A stretch of DNA of 64,000 nucleotides from Candidatus Latescibacterota bacterium (GTDB taxonomy: Bacteria > Latescibacterota > UBA2968), in the NCBI GenBank assembly GCA_965205975.1, contig OZ242195.1, positions 2,944,001 through 3,008,000 of the forward strand, written 5' to 3'. This document shows positions 37,229-47,705 of this stretch, piece after piece. A model generated the notes under the pieces. The model worked only from the letters and a program-made list of their open reading frames with translations. It ran no database searches and was not told the origin of the DNA. Every line of letters begins with the position of its first letter. Within the stretch, counting starts at the first letter, position 1. The position numbers and the translations under genes were made by a program.

Positions 37229-38025
37229 TTCATTAAAACCTCAAATACGTACAAAACAATTAACCCAACAATAATGACCAGTGCCCCGTAGTGAAATTTT
37301 TCTCTGGAATCAATACACCGCTGAATTCGCGGCAAATCCGGGCGGAACTTACCCGACATCGTGCGCTGAATATACGTCTTGTAATACTCCACAACAAAAC
37401 GCTCCAAACCGCCATTCATATACACCAGAAATCCCAACGATATGGGATGCAGGGGATCATTGAGAAAATAGAACAGCGGCGAACAGACCGCCAGCACCAA
37501 GCCCGACCGCTGAAACTTCAAAATTTTAAACCCCTCAAACGGCGCGTCTTTATACGCCCCGCCAAGCGACACCAGCAGGCCCGTGACATAAGCCGTCAAG
37601 AGAAATACCCAGAAACTCGTCACGGGCGCGGGAATCAACAACACGGCAAAAACGCCCAGCACCAGCACAGTACCAACCGCATAACGCAGCAAATCGCTCG
37701 CAACATACCGCCCAAAAAACGTAATGCGCGAAGGCACAAAATATTTGTCCTGATCTTCCGTACGGAAAAACCCCTTGTAAAGCTCGGCCAAAAACCGTTC
37801 CAACCCCATAATCAGAAAAAAAATCTGAACCCATCCCAACGCGGAAAAACTCGCCTTAAAAATCGGGACAAAATACAACACCGCAAAAATCACAACATGA
37901 AAATAAACACTCCGCGGAAACGTCCTGGGCTTAAAATCCTCGTAAGGCGAGTCCTTGAACGCCCCCCACAAAGACGTATAAAGTCCAGATACAATACTCA
38001 CGCCCAGACCAATGTAGAAATTCAT
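37225..38025 (-). CDS. Hypothetical membrane protein with an internal duplication
   Basis: GAFKDSPYEDFK..F.RS vs GAYKDAPFEGFK..F.RS; GLERF..ELYK vs GLERF..EYYK. Confidence 0.8.
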   Translation of the reverse strand: MNFYIGLGVSIVSGLYTSLWGAFKDSPYEDFKPRTFPRSVYFHVVIFAVLYFVPIFKASFSALGWVQIFFLIMGLERFLAELYKGFFRTEDQDKYFVPSRITFFGRYVASDLLRYAVGTVLVLGVFAVLLIPAPVTSFWVFLLTAYVTGLLVSLGGAYKDAPFEGFKILKFQRSGLVLAVCSPLFYFLNDPLHPISLGFLVYMNGGLERFVVEYYKTYIQRTMSGKFRPDLPRIQRCIDSREKFHYGALVIIVGLIVLYVFEVLMK

Positions 38026-38027
38026 AG

Positions 38028-40472
38028 CTATAATTCCGATTCGTCTAATGCCTTCACTTCACTTTTTTCACGCCCTCGATCTCCCTCAAGCACTTCCAAA
38101 ATAGCGGGCAGCACCAGCACGGCAGCCACAAAACAAGTCAACAAACCAATCAACGCCAACCGCCCAATTGAGTTCAGGCCGGGATGTGTCGCCATCATCA
38201 ATCCAAAAAAGCCCACCATCGTCGTCAGCATAGAAATGAACATCGCCCCACCAGTACTCCTGATCACCACCGGCATAGACCCGGGGCCCTCCTCTCGATA
38301 TCGGTGATAGAGATGTACCCCATTGTCAATCCCCATACCAATTATAGTGGGCAGTGCGACCATATTGTAGAAATTGAGCTTCAAATCCTGCAAATACAGC
38401 GACCCACACATCCACACAGTGCCACAGGCAAGGGGAAAAATCACCAGCAAAGCAGAGCGCAAACTGCGAAAATCAGCCAGCACAATGAGCAACACGACCA
38501 CCACTGTCAGCGAGATTGCACGCGGACTATCGCGCAACATCAAGCGCAACATATCGGCAAAAATGATATTGGAACTCGACGAATAAAATACCTTGCCCGA
38601 TGAGGTGTGAATTTCGTGTGAATCTTCGGCAAATGCAATGGCATTTTTTCCATCGCGCAACTGTACACTCGGCAAAATTTGTGCAAAATACGCCTGGCTT
38701 CCATCAATAGTCTCAAATTTTCTCAATAAATTTTCGGGCAAATCTTCAACCGAAAGTCTTTTGACATCCAACAAATCGCGCAGAGAATCGAGCTGTGCCT
38801 TTTGTGTGCCCTTGATCAACTTCGCGCCCTCGCCATTGGCCAGCGCGCGAATTTCTCCAATGATATCCAGCTTTTCATTTTGACCGCGCAACTCTGTCCA
38901 GAGCGTTTTGACTTTGTCAATCGTCGGCGTCGGATCATCTTCGGCTATCTTCTTTTCCAATGCATCTACAATCTCATCGAGTTCCGCTTTGCTATCCGCC
39001 AACACAATGCCATAAGACTGCGATTCACTGCCGTATTTCGGAATCGTCGCCATCTTTTGTTTCACCTTGACCGATGCGGGCAAATTAGAACGCAAATTGG
39101 TAAAATCGTATTCAAAATCGATATCGCGCAAATGAATGCCCAAATACACCGTAAGGATCAACGCGCCGGCAATCACCAACTTCGGATATGGGAAATGCCC
39201 CCGGCTGCCACCCCAATTGTGTCCCCACACGTGCCGCATGCGAATCCACATAAACCTTTGATCCGCCAGCACCAGCACAGCGGGCAATACAGTCGTCATA
39301 GAGACCAGCGACATCAAAATACCCGTGCCCACAATAAAACCAAACTCGGAAAAGCCCCTGAAATCTGTCAGCGTCAGAGAAAAGAACGCAATGGATGTGG
39401 TTATCGCCGCCGTCAAAATAGCCTGCCCAGTCTGACTCAGCATCGTCTCTATAGACATTCGCACATCCGTCTTGTCCATGCGAACTTCGAGATATCGCGC
39501 AAACATGTGAATGCCAAAATCAATCCCCAACCCAAACAAAATCACAAATAGAAAAGCCGTCATAGTATTCAAATTGCCGATAACCCAGTACGTAATGGCA
39601 AACGCCCAGATCAAGCCCATCGCCAGCGGAATAGCCACAAAAAAAGCCGCCAATGGCTGGCGGAAATAAAACGTCAAAAGCGCGACAATACCCACGACAC
39701 CAAATATCAGCGTCGAGCGGACATCGCTTAAAATGGTATCGTATTCGTCAATCTTGTTCTTAAACGGTCCTCCGTATTCAATCGACATCCGAGGGTGATA
39801 CGCGCGTGGATTTACCTTCTTGACCGCCTGCTGAATCACCCACTGCATATCTTTGGCAAAACCGATATTGCTCACCGTACCTGCTGCCATCGCCTCCAAT
39901 GCCAGGATGGTGCGGTTGGGATTGGTATAATACGTCTCATCTCCATTATCTGCCGTGCGATACTTAGCCTCAATATCCGAAAAATCGAGCACGGCTTCTT
40001 CTTCATCGAGAGAAATATACAACGGCGACAGCTTCAACTTTTCCTGGATGATATAATCATCTATGCGCGTGAGAATCTCATCCAAATCGTCCGTTTCCAT
40101 AAACAACAGCGCGTTCTTGCGATAAAATTCCGCATCTCGCTTATAATCGACAAAGTTTATATAAGTCTCGTATTTTTCGTCCCGTAATTCACGTGCCAGA
40201 TCCTCGGCAAAACGCCTATTTGCCTCAAAATCGGGACTTTGCACCAAAACCACCAGACTGCCCACGCCGCCCACGCGCTGTTTGATCTCATTGAGCGTCT
40301 TCACACTCTGATAATTTTCCGGAATCAGGGCAACGAGATCCGTCTCGAGTTTGCGTCCGAGCCTGTACACAAAAATACTGCAAAAAGCCGTCAACAAAAT
40401 CGACACCACAAGAATACCTCTGTAGTGCCGATAAGTCCACCCCGCCAAAAAACGAAGCACCACTTCAACCAA
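38028..40472 (-). CDS. MMPL/HpnN-like RND lipid transporter
   Basis: GLGIDFGIH and GMGIDNGVH; two TM bundles separated by periplasmic loops. Confidence 0.9.
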   Translation of the reverse strand: MVEVVLRFLAGWTYRHYRGILVVSILLTAFCSIFVYRLGRKLETDLVALIPENYQSVKTLNEIKQRVGGVGSLVVLVQSPDFEANRRFAEDLARELRDEKYETYINFVDYKRDAEFYRKNALLFMETDDLDEILTRIDDYIIQEKLKLSPLYISLDEEEAVLDFSDIEAKYRTADNGDETYYTNPNRTILALEAMAAGTVSNIGFAKDMQWVIQQAVKKVNPRAYHPRMSIEYGGPFKNKIDEYDTILSDVRSTLIFGVVGIVALLTFYFRQPLAAFFVAIPLAMGLIWAFAITYWVIGNLNTMTAFLFVILFGLGIDFGIHMFARYLEVRMDKTDVRMSIETMLSQTGQAILTAAITTSIAFFSLTLTDFRGFSEFGFIVGTGILMSLVSMTTVLPAVLVLADQRFMWIRMRHVWGHNWGGSRGHFPYPKLVIAGALILTVYLGIHLRDIDFEYDFTNLRSNLPASVKVKQKMATIPKYGSESQSYGIVLADSKAELDEIVDALEKKIAEDDPTPTIDKVKTLWTELRGQNEKLDIIGEIRALANGEGAKLIKGTQKAQLDSLRDLLDVKRLSVEDLPENLLRKFETIDGSQAYFAQILPSVQLRDGKNAIAFAEDSHEIHTSSGKVFYSSSSNIIFADMLRLMLRDSPRAISLTVVVVLLIVLADFRSLRSALLVIFPLACGTVWMCGSLYLQDLKLNFYNMVALPTIIGMGIDNGVHLYHRYREEGPGSMPVVIRSTGGAMFISMLTTMVGFFGLMMATHPGLNSIGRLALIGLLTCFVAAVLVLPAILEVLEGDRGREKSEVKALDESEL

Positions 40473-40486
40473 TGAATGCCACCTTT

Positions 40487-41083
40487 CTAATCCGACGTAT
40501 CTTCACCCAGTTTTTCTTTCAACTTATCCATCAAGCCCGCAAAAGAAGACCTGCGAATCTCCCGGCGAAACTGCGACCGATTGCTGCGCGCAACACTCAA
40601 CTCATCAATGACCATATCGTAAATCAACCACTTGCCATCAGCGAGATGCAATTTATAGTCAATCGTACTCGACTCGCGCCTGTAATACACCACCGTCTTG
40701 ACAATAGCCTGTGTGCTATCAACTTCGACGCCCGTATAGTCGATCTTTTCCGCTTTCGTATATAACGCGGGATCGGCGTAATTTTTCTCGATCAACCGCC
40801 TGTTCACAGCTACAAAATCAGCCCGCTCTTCTTCTGTTCTCGCTGTCCAATCTCGGCCGAGAGACTCCCGGCTAAATGTTTCAAAATCGAACAACTCACC
40901 GACAATAGCTTTAAGCGCGGCACGCTCTTCAGCCGTATCGCCCCCGGTTTCTGAACGCACAATATCCTGAATCGCCCGATCGCGACTCTTCACCATCTCG
41001 AGCAGCGCATCGCTCTGATCAGACGCACCCGCCACGCCCATCAAAACCAGCATCAAAAACGCATGCCTGAACAATAAAAGCAT
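40487..41083 (-). CDS. MlaC/Ttg2D (HpnM-like) periplasmic lipid carrier
   Basis: Signal peptide, FDFE..SR.SLG..W, W.IYD..ID.LS...NRSQF. Confidence 0.85.
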   Translation of the reverse strand: MLLLFRHAFLMLVLMGVAGASDQSDALLEMVKSRDRAIQDIVRSETGGDTAEERAALKAIVGELFDFETFSRESLGRDWTARTEEERADFVAVNRRLIEKNYADPALYTKAEKIDYTGVEVDSTQAIVKTVVYYRRESSTIDYKLHLADGKWLIYDMVIDELSVARSNRSQFRREIRRSSFAGLMDKLKEKLGEDTSD

Positions 41084-41427
41084 AACATATCACCTATTAA
41101 TATCAACTACTTGTTTACAGACGGCATCTCCGTCAAGTTTAGTATCTTTCTCACACAAAGTCAAGACAGCGGTAGCCTGTTTTTGAAAAAGAGAGCTTAA
41201 AAATTAAAAAAATAAATAAAGCCCTATTTTCCAACAAAATTCTCTAATTATCTTAAAAAAAATACCGCGTACAATTTTAGACGTATCTAACCGCCAGAAG
41301 ATCCGATCAACTGGCGATAGAGCGCGATGGTTTGGCTGGCTAGCACTTTTTTCCCTGTACAAACAAACTTCTGTTGAAGTTATACACCCCCCAACAGAAG
41401 TTTATCTCAATTCAAACAGGATTTGCA

Positions 41428-42879
41428 TCAATCGGCTTTCTCTCCCACATCCACATTCAAAGCACCGCGCGCGCGCAACATCTGCCCGCCAAAGCCGAAA
41501 ATACCAGCCGTCAACAGGGCGGAACCAATCACGAGGAACCAGTACATACCCTCAATACTATTGGCGACAGCCAATGTGCAAAAGAAGGCGGCAAAAAAAT
41601 CGCGGCGACTCACAAATTTGAGCGACATACAAAAACGGTGAAACCACCCGCGTTCACTCTCGGGAACATCGCTTGAAAACGCCATATTAAAACTCACAAT
41701 ACTGCCGGACCCCACCACTTTCATATACAGAAAAATCAGCAACACCCCCAACACATCGAGAAAAACCATCACACCGCCCAGCAGGGGATAAAATGCCTCA
41801 CCAGTATATTCATACATCCCGGCGAGCACTGCGACAAAAAACACGAGATAGGACATATTATCCGCCAGGGTATCAACCCACTCACCCATGCGAGAACCCA
41901 TAAATTTTAATTTCGCAATCTCGCCATCGCACCCATCTACAATAGACGCAAACTGAAACAACAGCCCGCCCAGTGCCAGATGCAAATAACTCGCACTCGC
42001 ACTCCCCTTAAAAACCAGCCATGCCGACAAAAAACTCAACAACATCGTCGCAATCGACAACTGATTTGGCGTAACAGGTGTATGCACGAGCAGGCGAGAA
42101 ATGCGCGTGGAGACTTTGCGATTGAAATAGCGCGACACAAAGCCATCGGTCGGCTTACCGAGCCTGCGAAACAGCTCCTGCCCCGCGTGAACATGTGCCT
42201 CGGGCGTATCCACATCGAGCCAAAACGCGCCATCGATATCCGCAGTCCGCATACTGCCTCTCTCAGCCAAAACGCGAATCCCCCCCGACAATGACCCCTC
42301 GCCCTCTGCTATAGACCGTTCCAGCGCGCCAAACAAAAATGGACTACACAGAAAAATCCCGGTATCCACCGCATTGAAATCGGCCAATTCTTTCCCAATT
42401 TTGACCACGCGACGGTTCTGTGTCATCACCTTCGTGGCATCTTCCATATCAAAAATGCCATTGATATCTGTATCGACACACAGCACGGCTTCATCCTGCC
42501 CAACCGGCATACGGCGCAACTTGACCAGTATCTCGGGATCAAACAGATGATCGGACATCAAAAGAATAAACGGCTCATCGACATATTCCCTAGCACTCAA
42601 TACCGACACCCCATTGCCGCGCGCCCATTCCTTATTTTGAACCCAGTCAATCGCCACATCCGAAAGCTGCGGATCATCGGCAAGCGCGTGCATAATCTCG
42701 TGGCACCGATATCCAACCACAACCACAAACTCTGAAATGCCCGCGCGCATAGCCGACAAAATCGTGCGCTTGAGCAATGGCACACCGGCCAGAGGCACGA
42801 GAGGCTTGGGCAGATCCGCCCCATAACCTCTCAACCGACTGCCCATACCGGCGGCAATAATTACAGCTTTATTCACCAT
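41428..42879 (-). CDS. Bifunctional NTP transferase / CDP-alcohol phosphotransferase (IPCT/DIPPS-like)
   Basis: AAGMGSRL..PKPL, GNGVSVL, LMSDH, DATKV, VDTG, WLDVDT; then TPNQLS and DGCDGEIAK...S..G...D...D. Confidence 0.88.
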   Translation of the reverse strand: MVNKAVIIAAGMGSRLRGYGADLPKPLVPLAGVPLLKRTILSAMRAGISEFVVVVGYRCHEIMHALADDPQLSDVAIDWVQNKEWARGNGVSVLSAREYVDEPFILLMSDHLFDPEILVKLRRMPVGQDEAVLCVDTDINGIFDMEDATKVMTQNRRVVKIGKELADFNAVDTGIFLCSPFLFGALERSIAEGEGSLSGGIRVLAERGSMRTADIDGAFWLDVDTPEAHVHAGQELFRRLGKPTDGFVSRYFNRKVSTRISRLLVHTPVTPNQLSIATMLLSFLSAWLVFKGSASASYLHLALGGLLFQFASIVDGCDGEIAKLKFMGSRMGEWVDTLADNMSYLVFFVAVLAGMYEYTGEAFYPLLGGVMVFLDVLGVLLIFLYMKVVGSGSIVSFNMAFSSDVPESERGWFHRFCMSLKFVSRRDFFAAFFCTLAVANSIEGMYWFLVIGSALLTAGIFGFGGQMLRARGALNVDVGEKAD

Positions 42880-42913
42880 AACTTCTGCAACCTTTCGCAA
42901 TATCCCGAGCGAT

Positions 42914-44269
42914 TTACAAAAAACTGCGCCCAACAGCCCGTTGTAATTTTGCCCAGGATCGGTTAAAATTGAACACTGCTTCGTAATATTTGGCGCGAAT
43001 AATGCCATACTCTTTTGCGGCATCTATCATATCTGACGCCTCTTCAAGCCCGGCATTAAACCCATCGCGAACCGATATAAACCACCGGCGGGTCGCCCGC
43101 CGCGCCGTGCTGGCAGCCGCCATATTCTTCTGTGCCTCGATCAACTCGCGGTAAATCTTCTCAATTTCAATTGCCACGCCCTTCTCGGCCAGTTGCTTCT
43201 GATACAACAACTTCTGATATTCCAAACCCGCTTTCCGCGCCTTCGCCGACGTAAGCCCAAACGACAGCGACTGCCGAACACCTATCACCGCCCCTGCTTG
43301 CAAAATATTGAAATCATCTCTGGCAAAAGGACTTAGTTGATCGTCGCGGTTCGGTGCGTAGCCATACTTAAATTGACCCGCAATAAATACCTGGGGATAC
43401 TGCTCGCCTTTTGCCACCTGCATTAGAGATTCACGCACCTGTACGACAGCCTGCAACTGCTGCATATCTTCGCGCTCCCCCGCGCGTTTGAGATAAAACT
43501 CAAGCGGCTCAATCTCCACATCAACCGGTGTTAAAGGACCAGCAAGAGTCAGCGAATCCCCATCGCTCAATCCCAAAAGCAGACGCAGGGCAGACTCGGC
43601 AAGCGCTTTTGTTTTCGCCGCCTCGTGTACTTTTTCGCGCACATCAAAGGCAAACCGATCAATGCGGTTCAGATCGGCATACGTAAAATCGCCTTCCTCT
43701 GCCTCCAGTTTCTCCGACACAAACTCGCGCGCCGTTTGAAAATCACTTTGTGCCTCCAATGCCAGTGCCCATAAATCCTGCGTCAGTTGCAGCCCAAAAT
43801 ACACCTCGGCGACCTGAAGCTCCAGATCGCCCCGCGCTTTTCGCAGCCCCGCCTGCTGAGCCGTTACCCCTGCCATAGCCGCGGCTTTGGCCCCGGATAA
43901 CTGACCAAATGTGAACAGAGGTTGCACAACTGTCGCTTCTGTACGCGTAAAAATACTCAAATGACTCAGCATGGTATTGCCAGTGAGCGCGTCACCGCGC
44001 GCCTCGGGCGAGGGACCAATAACTGACCGCAGTTCAAACTGCGGCAAAAAACGGATGGCATTGGCCTGATCTAATTGCGCCCGCGCAATATCGACATCAA
44101 CCGCTGCCGCACGCACGCCGGGATGCACGCGCAGGGCCTGTGCAATACTCGCGGACAAATCATACGTTTCGGCACGCAGAGAATGCACACAGATAAAAAT
44201 CCCCAAATAGGACACACATAGCTTTAGCATGTGTGAAAAAAAAATACATCTGTTGCAATTTAACAACAT
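42914..44269 (-). CDS. TolC-family outer membrane protein
   Basis: Signal peptide, QPLFTFG, OEP-like helical repeats. Start may be at 44231. Confidence 0.85.
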   Translation of the reverse strand: MLLNCNRCIFFSHMLKLCVSYLGIFICVHSLRAETYDLSASIAQALRVHPGVRAAAVDVDIARAQLDQANAIRFLPQFELRSVIGPSPEARGDALTGNTMLSHLSIFTRTEATVVQPLFTFGQLSGAKAAAMAGVTAQQAGLRKARGDLELQVAEVYFGLQLTQDLWALALEAQSDFQTAREFVSEKLEAEEGDFTYADLNRIDRFAFDVREKVHEAAKTKALAESALRLLLGLSDGDSLTLAGPLTPVDVEIEPLEFYLKRAGEREDMQQLQAVVQVRESLMQVAKGEQYPQVFIAGQFKYGYAPNRDDQLSPFARDDFNILQAGAVIGVRQSLSFGLTSAKARKAGLEYQKLLYQKQLAEKGVAIEIEKIYRELIEAQKNMAAASTARRATRRWFISVRDGFNAGLEEASDMIDAAKEYGIIRAKYYEAVFNFNRSWAKLQRAVGRSFL

Positions 44270-44379
44270 ATCTCCTTTACACTTCGGCGAAAAACTCGGG
44301 AATATAAAAATCTATATCTATATTAAACAAATACTTAAAAAGACCATCCAAACAGGCACAAAACATCTCTCCCTATATA

Positions 44380-44395
44380 AGCGAAATCCGTGCCA
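44380..44395 (-). promoter_or_regulatory. Putative sigma-54 promoter
   Basis: Minus strand TGGCACGGATTTCGCT (GG-N10-GC spacing); palindrome ccggac-aaaa-gtccgg at 44416-44431. Confidence 0.6.
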
Positions 44396-44539
44396 TCGTA
44401 AAATATATAAAAAAACCGGACAAAAGTCCGGATTAGCTATACTAACGTTTTCATCCGCGAGAAGTTCCCTCCTATATACCCCACACGTAGCACAACGACG
44501 CCGTCAATCACTGATCGCTAAATATTAGCTTTTTACTCT

Positions 44540-44567
44540 GTGTTTATCGGTGTTCATCTGTGGTTGC
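44540..44567. repeat. 9-nt-period repeat
   Basis: gtgtttatcggtgttcatctgtggttgc is identical to 56714-56741. Confidence 0.8.
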
Positions 44568-45510
44568 TTTTCACCGCCATCAAAACAAACCCAAAAGACA
44601 CCCAGAAAATTTTTCGGATGCGCCGGATCAAGGCAACGCCCAACCCCAATTCGGGTGTCAATCCCAACAATTGAAAAAGAAACACATGCCCACTTTCAAA
44701 AACGCCGACACCAGATGGAATAAAGAAAAACGCCGTGTTTATTATCAACGACAGGGACGTGAGCAAAAAAGCGGTCAAAAAAGATTGTGGCTGTCCCAAC
44801 AAGCTGAGAATCGCATACACTTCAAAAGTTCCCAAAACCCAACTCAGCATATGCAACGCCATACACAGCCAGAACCCCGGACGATTCTGCTTGTAAAATG
44901 CCGCTATCGTCCGATCAACTTCTTCAAACTTTTCGCGCTTCGACTCCAAAAACGAGAGACGCAACTTTTTTAAAACATCCAGCAACCACACAGACGCCCG
45001 TTGGCGCTGAGACACATAAGCCGCTACAATCCCAACCGTGCCCAACACCAGGGCAGCCCCCAATCCAATCTGCACTTCTACCGAAAGTGAAAACATCCCC
45101 ACGGCTAACCCCGTGCCAATCAGCGCGAAGACCAGGCCACTCACCAATTCAACCGTCTTATTGATCACCAGAGAGGGCACGCCCTGCGCCACAGAAACCC
45201 GATCGCGCAACATATACGCTTTGGCGACCTCACCGCCCACATGGGAAGCTGGTGTGACATTGCCAATAGCTTCTCCCGACAACTTTGTACAAAAAAGTGA
45301 CCAAAAACGTGGACGCTCGTCATCAAAACACATCGCCCATGCCCACGTATTGCTCACATGCCAGCCCAATGCAATGAGCAAAACAGGCACATAGCCCCAC
45401 CCCATCTGCCGCACTTGCGTCCAGGCGGCGATAATCCCAACCTCGTAAATCAACACCAGCAGCAGCGTTAACCCAATTCCCCAGAACATCACTCTGCGCG
45501 CAGTTTTCAT
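44554..45510 (-). CDS. Lysylphosphatidylglycerol synthase TM-domain (flippase-like) protein
   Basis: NVTPASHVGGEVAK, IPSGVGVFE, ALIRRIR. Confidence 0.85.
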   Translation of the reverse strand: MKTARRVMFWGIGLTLLLVLIYEVGIIAAWTQVRQMGWGYVPVLLIALGWHVSNTWAWAMCFDDERPRFWSLFCTKLSGEAIGNVTPASHVGGEVAKAYMLRDRVSVAQGVPSLVINKTVELVSGLVFALIGTGLAVGMFSLSVEVQIGLGAALVLGTVGIVAAYVSQRQRASVWLLDVLKKLRLSFLESKREKFEEVDRTIAAFYKQNRPGFWLCMALHMLSWVLGTFEVYAILSLLGQPQSFLTAFLLTSLSLIINTAFFFIPSGVGVFESGHVFLFQLLGLTPELGLGVALIRRIRKIFWVSFGFVLMAVKSNHR

Positions 45511-45582
45511 TCACCATCTATCCCAAAAGAAACGGCGACCAAAATGCGCCGCCGTTCGTCAATAATGCCTTCTAAAACACCG

Positions 45583-47091
45583 TCAATTAACCCGCATAAT
45601 CACGTGATAGCCCAGAGGGGTTTTGACAACCCCACTGACTTCATTGGGTTTGAGCTTCATCACTGCGGCTTCAAAATCCGGATGCAAATCGCCCTTGGAA
45701 AAAAATCCCGTACTTCCACCATTTTCTTTTGAAGGATCAATAGAATAACTCCTCGCCAAAGCGGCAAAATCTTCTCCGACTTTGAGCTTGTTCAAAATTT
45801 CCTGAGCCTCAATTTCCGTCTTCACCAGAATATGCCGCACCCGCATCTTCCCCGCCTGAATCGACTTAATAATATCCAGATTGCCCTGTGCATCGCGCAG
45901 CGTACTGGCATCCTTGCTCTCGGCCATTGCCGTTTCATACGCTCTTCGCGCCTTGTCAAAATCTCCCCGGGCCGAATAAATAAATCCCAAATTGTTGTGA
46001 ACTTCGGCATCTTTGGGATCAATCGCCAATGCCTTCTCGTAAATCACACCTGCAGAATCGACCTTCTCTTCGCCCAAATATAGCAAAGCCAACCGCTTAT
46101 AGGGCGCAATCCACCTGGGAGCACGCGAGATACAGGTCAACAACTCAGCCTTGCCCTGTGCGATATCGCCCCTGGCCACATAGACTTCTGCCAGCCGGAA
46201 TCGCACCAAATTGCCATCGGGCGCGCGTTCCAAAATGCCCAGCATCTCGCCAATACTGGCATCAAAATTACCCCTGGCCGCGTACAACTGTGCAAGTGCA
46301 TCGCGCACCTCGAGATCATCCGGAGCGAGATCGCGCACCTTTTCCCAGGCCGTCTGTGCGATATCTAAAGAATCTACTTCTGCACTCATAAAACCGAGCG
46401 CACGATACACAGATGGATCTTCTGGCGCAGCAGCGACAGCCTGTCGATATGCCGCAAAAGCCTTCTGAGTCATCCTCAGCGCGTGAAAAACCCCACCCCG
46501 ATTGACCATCAACATCACATTGTCCGGATTGGCAGCAAGACCGCGATCCATAATGGCAATTGCACTGAGTGTATCGCCAACCGCAATATGAATCAGCGCC
46601 AGAGATTGATACGCCTCGATAAAATCGGGACGGCGTTTGAGCGCGGCTTCAAAATTGGCAATAGCTTCTCCGGGCTTGCCCAGATCGCTATTGAGAGATG
46701 CGCGTTCTGCCAGAAGCAAAGCGGGTTCATCGCTTTGCCCAATCCCCTGATCAAGCACAGAAAGAGCCTGGGAAAATTTGCCCTGCCGAACGAACACCAG
46801 CGCCAGATCGCGATATCCGCGAACAGAACTCGGTTTTATCTCCACCACCTTTTGAAAAGCGGCCACCGCAGCGTCCAATTGCCCGGCCTCTGCGTAAAGC
46901 GTCCCCAAAAAACCGTGCGCTGCCACACTATCGGCATGTGCATCGACAAAAGCGCGTGCCACCGCGAGCGCCTCGTCAATTTTACCCTCGCTATAATGCG
47001 CCTCAATCTCTTTCAAAAAATCCCGCGCATCCACAACTGGAGCCTGAAAAAATATCATACCCCATACAAAACACAGCATCCACCGTTTCAA
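45583..47091 (-). CDS. Exported TPR protein with a C-terminal parvulin-type PPIase
   Basis: About 10 TPR-like units, then VRHILVK, FAALARSYS.D, VKTPLGYHVI. Confidence 0.9.
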   Translation of the reverse strand: MKRWMLCFVWGMIFFQAPVVDARDFLKEIEAHYSEGKIDEALAVARAFVDAHADSVAAHGFLGTLYAEAGQLDAAVAAFQKVVEIKPSSVRGYRDLALVFVRQGKFSQALSVLDQGIGQSDEPALLLAERASLNSDLGKPGEAIANFEAALKRRPDFIEAYQSLALIHIAVGDTLSAIAIMDRGLAANPDNVMLMVNRGGVFHALRMTQKAFAAYRQAVAAAPEDPSVYRALGFMSAEVDSLDIAQTAWEKVRDLAPDDLEVRDALAQLYAARGNFDASIGEMLGILERAPDGNLVRFRLAEVYVARGDIAQGKAELLTCISRAPRWIAPYKRLALLYLGEEKVDSAGVIYEKALAIDPKDAEVHNNLGFIYSARGDFDKARRAYETAMAESKDASTLRDAQGNLDIIKSIQAGKMRVRHILVKTEIEAQEILNKLKVGEDFAALARSYSIDPSKENGGSTGFFSKGDLHPDFEAAVMKLKPNEVSGVVKTPLGYHVIMRVN

Positions 47092-47144
47092 AATTCAACC
47101 TCCATCCTTGACAACATCAACACAACACAATATACTCACATTTC

Positions 47145-47705
47145 ATGAACTCTTTAAAACAAAACGCCGTACCACTCATAGCCTTTCTAATCGCAGGAAG
47201 CACAGCGATACTCGCTTACGACCACTTGCACTATGTGATTCCCTATGTGGTCTTCAAGTATCCCATCGCCATTGTCGTGCTCTACGCTTTTTTTCAGCTC
47301 ATCGCTTATGCAGAGCGTAGGCGCAGTGCCCAACTCGACGAAGTGGGCCTGCTTCGGCCTCTGCGCGACGGCGCATTCCTCGTATGCCTGCACGCACACC
47401 TGCGCGACCTCGGCATAGACCTGAACCTTTTATCATCGGCATCCAGCATGCACCTCGCCCTGTTGTCCTGGGCGGTCGCCCTCATCGGATATTATGCCAT
47501 TGAGCAACCCGGAGGATTACCTGGCCGTTTAATCAATATCCTGTCCTCTTCTACCACGCGCATCACAATCTGCCGCGGACTCATCATCTCGGGACTGATA
47601 GGGGTAATCGGCACATTCGCGGCAATTGTGCAACCCCTCTGGCTCGGCCTCCCCCTGCTTCTGGTATTCATTCGCGTCTATCTGCGATCCGGAGACGGAT
47701 CGTGA
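47145..47705 (+). CDS. Hypothetical membrane protein
   Basis: Several hydrophobic helices; GTGA overlap with the next gene. Confidence 0.7.
   Translation: MNSLKQNAVPLIAFLIAGSTAILAYDHLHYVIPYVVFKYPIAIVVLYAFFQLIAYAERRRSAQLDEVGLLRPLRDGAFLVCLHAHLRDLGIDLNLLSSASSMHLALLSWAVALIGYYAIEQPGGLPGRLINILSSSTTRITICRGLIISGLIGVIGTFAAIVQPLWLGLPLLLVFIRVYLRSGDGS

Noticed and set aside
41100..41420. Riboswitch or sRNA in the AT-rich gap upstream of the MlaC-like gene
   Set aside because: Only short hairpins (cgccag...ctggcg) and no recognisable aptamer consensus.
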